From NCBI GenBank assembly GCA_001949185.1, contig BDGG01000003.1, forward strand, positions 1,648,725 through 1,712,724: 64,000 nt of DNA. Reading direction: 5' to 3'. The position numbers and the translations under genes are program-made. This document shows, in pieces, positions 61,537 to 64,000 of this stretch; the stretch's first letter is position 1; the number at the start of each line of letters is the position of its first letter. The notes below the pieces were generated by a model. It saw only the letters and a list, made by a program, of their open reading frames with translations, made no database searches and was not told the origin of the DNA. This stretch comes from Ramazzottius varieornatus. Its lineage: Eukaryota > Animalia > Tardigrada.

Positions 61537-64000
61537 ATGTCCGGAAGAGCAAAGTCTCAACCCAAAGCCAAGCCTACGGCGAAGAAAATGAACAAGCCAC
61601 CCGTCGAGAACACCAAGACTGCCAGAGTTAAGCCGAAAACTACGGCTAAAGTGGATATCGTGGAAGATCCATCGACCACTTCTTCTTCCGACCAGTCTCC
61701 AACACCACAACGCGCAGGTAATCGCTTTGCACTTCTGGACGACGGTGACAATGACGATGTTAGTTCGCAAGAAGAGACCAGTGAGAAGGAGACCGGTAAT
61801 GACTCCGAGCAAGTAACAGTGGACACCGTCAACAACGCCAAGAAGAAGATGAAACGGAAGAAGAAAGCCAGCCATTCCTTAGCTGCATCACACGACAGGA
61901 ACATTGCACCTGTCCCAAAAGACTGGAAGGATATGACAGAAGAACAGTTGTTGGACTCGCTCGCAGCATTAAACGTCCACAGGACAGAAGCGGGGGATGA
62001 AGAAAAGAAAGACTACTCCTCTGCGACGTTCTCCGTCATCAACCCGAAACTTCTCAACTACCGCTACGAATTCCAGAAGACGGTCGGGAAAAGTGGTATG
62101 TCAGCGCTGCTACCTGATACAGGGTTGCCGGCGAAGAATAGTCGGGGACTGTCCAAAGGAATACAGCATTTGTTCGTCACGCCCCAACCGAATGTACAAG
62201 ACCCGAAAATCTTCATGGACCGATGTACGAGCTTGCGTTCCTTTTAAGATGCATGGTTTTATTTTGACATTATTCTTACAGTTATGAGCTTGGATAAGGA
62301 GTCGCCCAGTTCTTCGAACTTAATTTTCAAGCGCCTGAAGAAGTACAAGGAACTTCAGAGGGATTTCCTCATGATGGTGCATTCCAGTCAGGACCAGGTC
62401 ATCCAAGAGGTGCTGCATCAGATGCCGTATCATACCGACGCGCTGCTTCTGATGTGTAGTATTTACGAACGGGACGATAACTATTCCAGTGCTCGACAAA
62501 CCATCAGTAAATAACAAATGGAACCATACTCGACACCATTGTTCTCCTAGCTGACGCACGTTTTCAGTCTTATTGTCTTAAAGCGCACGCCAGTTGGGAA
62601 AACAGTGTTATCGAGTTTGTTTGCCAAGGTCCCAAGCTCTTTGCTTGAAGATTCCTGGATTCCAAAGAAATGTAATATTGAATATTAATTTTTGGTTTTT
62701 GGTTTTAGAGAATGCTCTGTTGTCGCTTCAAAGTTGCTTCGATCATCATCAACGCAACAACCCTCATCTTCACCGGTTCAGCTATGTCCACCCAGCGAAC
62801 CGTTCTTACTTCATCGCCCTCTTCAAACATATCCTTCTATCCACTTCACGCTTCCCGCTGACCGCTCTGGAAACTGCGAAATATTTATTCAAGTAATGCA
62901 GATCACAAAATATAATTCAGAAATAGTTCAAAATCAAATCGAAAGCAGTTTAAAAAAATCCACAAGCATTTCGAAAACGTTGGAGCATCACTGTTTGTAA
63001 AAGAATCTTGAAGTAAAAAATCTTGAAATATTAGAAAATCTTGAAGTATTCTGCTTCTGATGATCGTGTCACACGATTCGTTTGGGTATTTTTGCAGTTT
63101 GAATCCGAAGGAAGATCCGCTGGCTGTGATTCTGATGATCGACTATCTAGCTCTAAAGGCCAAAGATTATTCGTACCTTTTAGCCTTCTACGATGTTCTC
63201 AAGGACCAAAAGCAGCTGGAAATGCTTCCCAACTACGCCTTCTCCGTGCCTTTGAGTTTATACCTGCAGACCATCCAGTCTAGCTCTGACACGGAAGTAC
63301 CCGAAGAACTCGAGAAAGCGAGCCGAGGGCTGAAAGAAGCGCTGTTGAGGTTTCCCAACACGCTGTGGCTGCTGTCAGAGAAGGTAAAAACGAATTCGCA
63401 AACAGAAATATTTTGATAGCCAGGCAAGCAAAATCGGCAAGAGTGCTTTCCAAGTGGCACACTTCCAGCCATTATATGTCGTAATTAACACTGAACTTGT
63501 ACGCCACTTGGGAGAGTTATATTGTTGCGTTTGTTTGCCGAGCAGCCACTTTGCAGCTTTTATTTTGTTGCTTTCTTGCAGTTGAATTTTCCGGTGGACC
63601 GAGAAGTGTCTTCCTCGCACTTATTTCACAAAGTTCGAAGCGAAAGCAACGACGGGTTGGATATGCTGCAACAACTCTACGTCCGAAGGTGCTCCGACTT
63701 CTGGAAGGAACCTTCGGTGGTGGAATGGCTGAGTGAAACGGCGAAGGCGCTGATAGCTGAAACGGTCACTTCGACTGAAATGCAGGATAAGATCACGCTT
63801 TACAGCAATAAGTAAGGGATTTCGAACTGCTGTTTGACTCGATTGTGGGAAAACGTTGTGGTGGTTTTTACAGCCGGAAGAAGTTGTACCGGGGAACTCC
63901 CAGCAGCATTTGGCGGCATATCATACTGCTGAACATTCCGGACTCGGAACGCATCTTCAACTTGAGGCTGTTGACGGTTAGGACATGTTGAGCAGCTCAT
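61537..64000 (+). CDS. TCF25: TCF25/Rqc1 ribosome quality-control factor (runs off the window)
   Basis: NRFALL, KKKMKRKKK, PYHTDALL, NRSYFIALFKHI, TALETAK, DPLAVILMIDYLALKA, LPNYAFS, ALLRFP, LYVRRCSDFWK. Confidence 0.9.

Larger units (their letters stand above)
59..63550. repeat. Dispersed ~125-bp palindromic intronic repeat family (about 18 copies)
   Basis: Core AAGTGGCGCAC-N~25-GTGCGCCACTT at approximately 97, 174, 4052, 12547, 19009, 24981, 26188, 28679, 32022, 43419, 44976, 45377, 46242, 46316, 54083, 58978 (partial), 62551 and 63452. Outer arms approximate GGGACGTCGGCAAATG...CATTTGCCGACGTCCC. Confidence 0.88.

Noticed and set aside
59-63550. Recurring palindromes read as CRISPR repeats, REP elements or attC sites
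   Set aside because: The context is eukaryotic, the copies are dispersed in introns and not regularly spaced, and there are no cas or integrase genes.
1-64000. tRNA, rRNA or snRNA genes
   Set aside because: No convincing cloverleaf or A/B-box pair was seen by eye; tRNAscan-SE or Infernal would be needed to exclude them.

Overview
Eukaryotic, gene-dense invertebrate DNA with short GT-AG introns (mostly about 55-130 nt). A myosuppressin-type receptor and a FucTA-type fucosyltransferase suggest an ecdysozoan; the compactness looks tardigrade-like, but that is inference only. The supplied ORF track ignores splicing and allows TTG/GTG starts, so I rebuilt gene models by hand. Family calls are from remembered motifs, not database searches. 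About 20 genes are present: two tandem neprilysins, a UBL/elongin-B-like protein, a myosuppressin-like GPCR, a spliced BED-finger protein, a MAM/LDLa receptor, ZDHHC3/7, a GT10 fucosyltransferase, EXOSC7, a 59-aa microprotein, an ankyrin-less VARP-like VPS9 protein, LTO1, CEP295-like, VAT1-like, alpha-carbonic anhydrase, a PIN nuclease, IMPA, SLC25A33/36, UBE2G2 and TCF25. Mobile and dead DNA comprises an RTK pseudogene, a full-length decayed mariner, a piggyBac-type MITE, a TA-flanked foldback MITE and a solo LTR. The most notable unexplained signals are: (1) about 18 diverged copies of a ~125-bp palindrome found almost only in introns; (2) a TATA-associated 59-aa Lys/His-rich CxxC microprotein that falls below the ORF-track cutoff; (3) a PIN RNase with a C-terminal hydrophobic tail; (4) an apparently domesticated hAT-derived BED protein.
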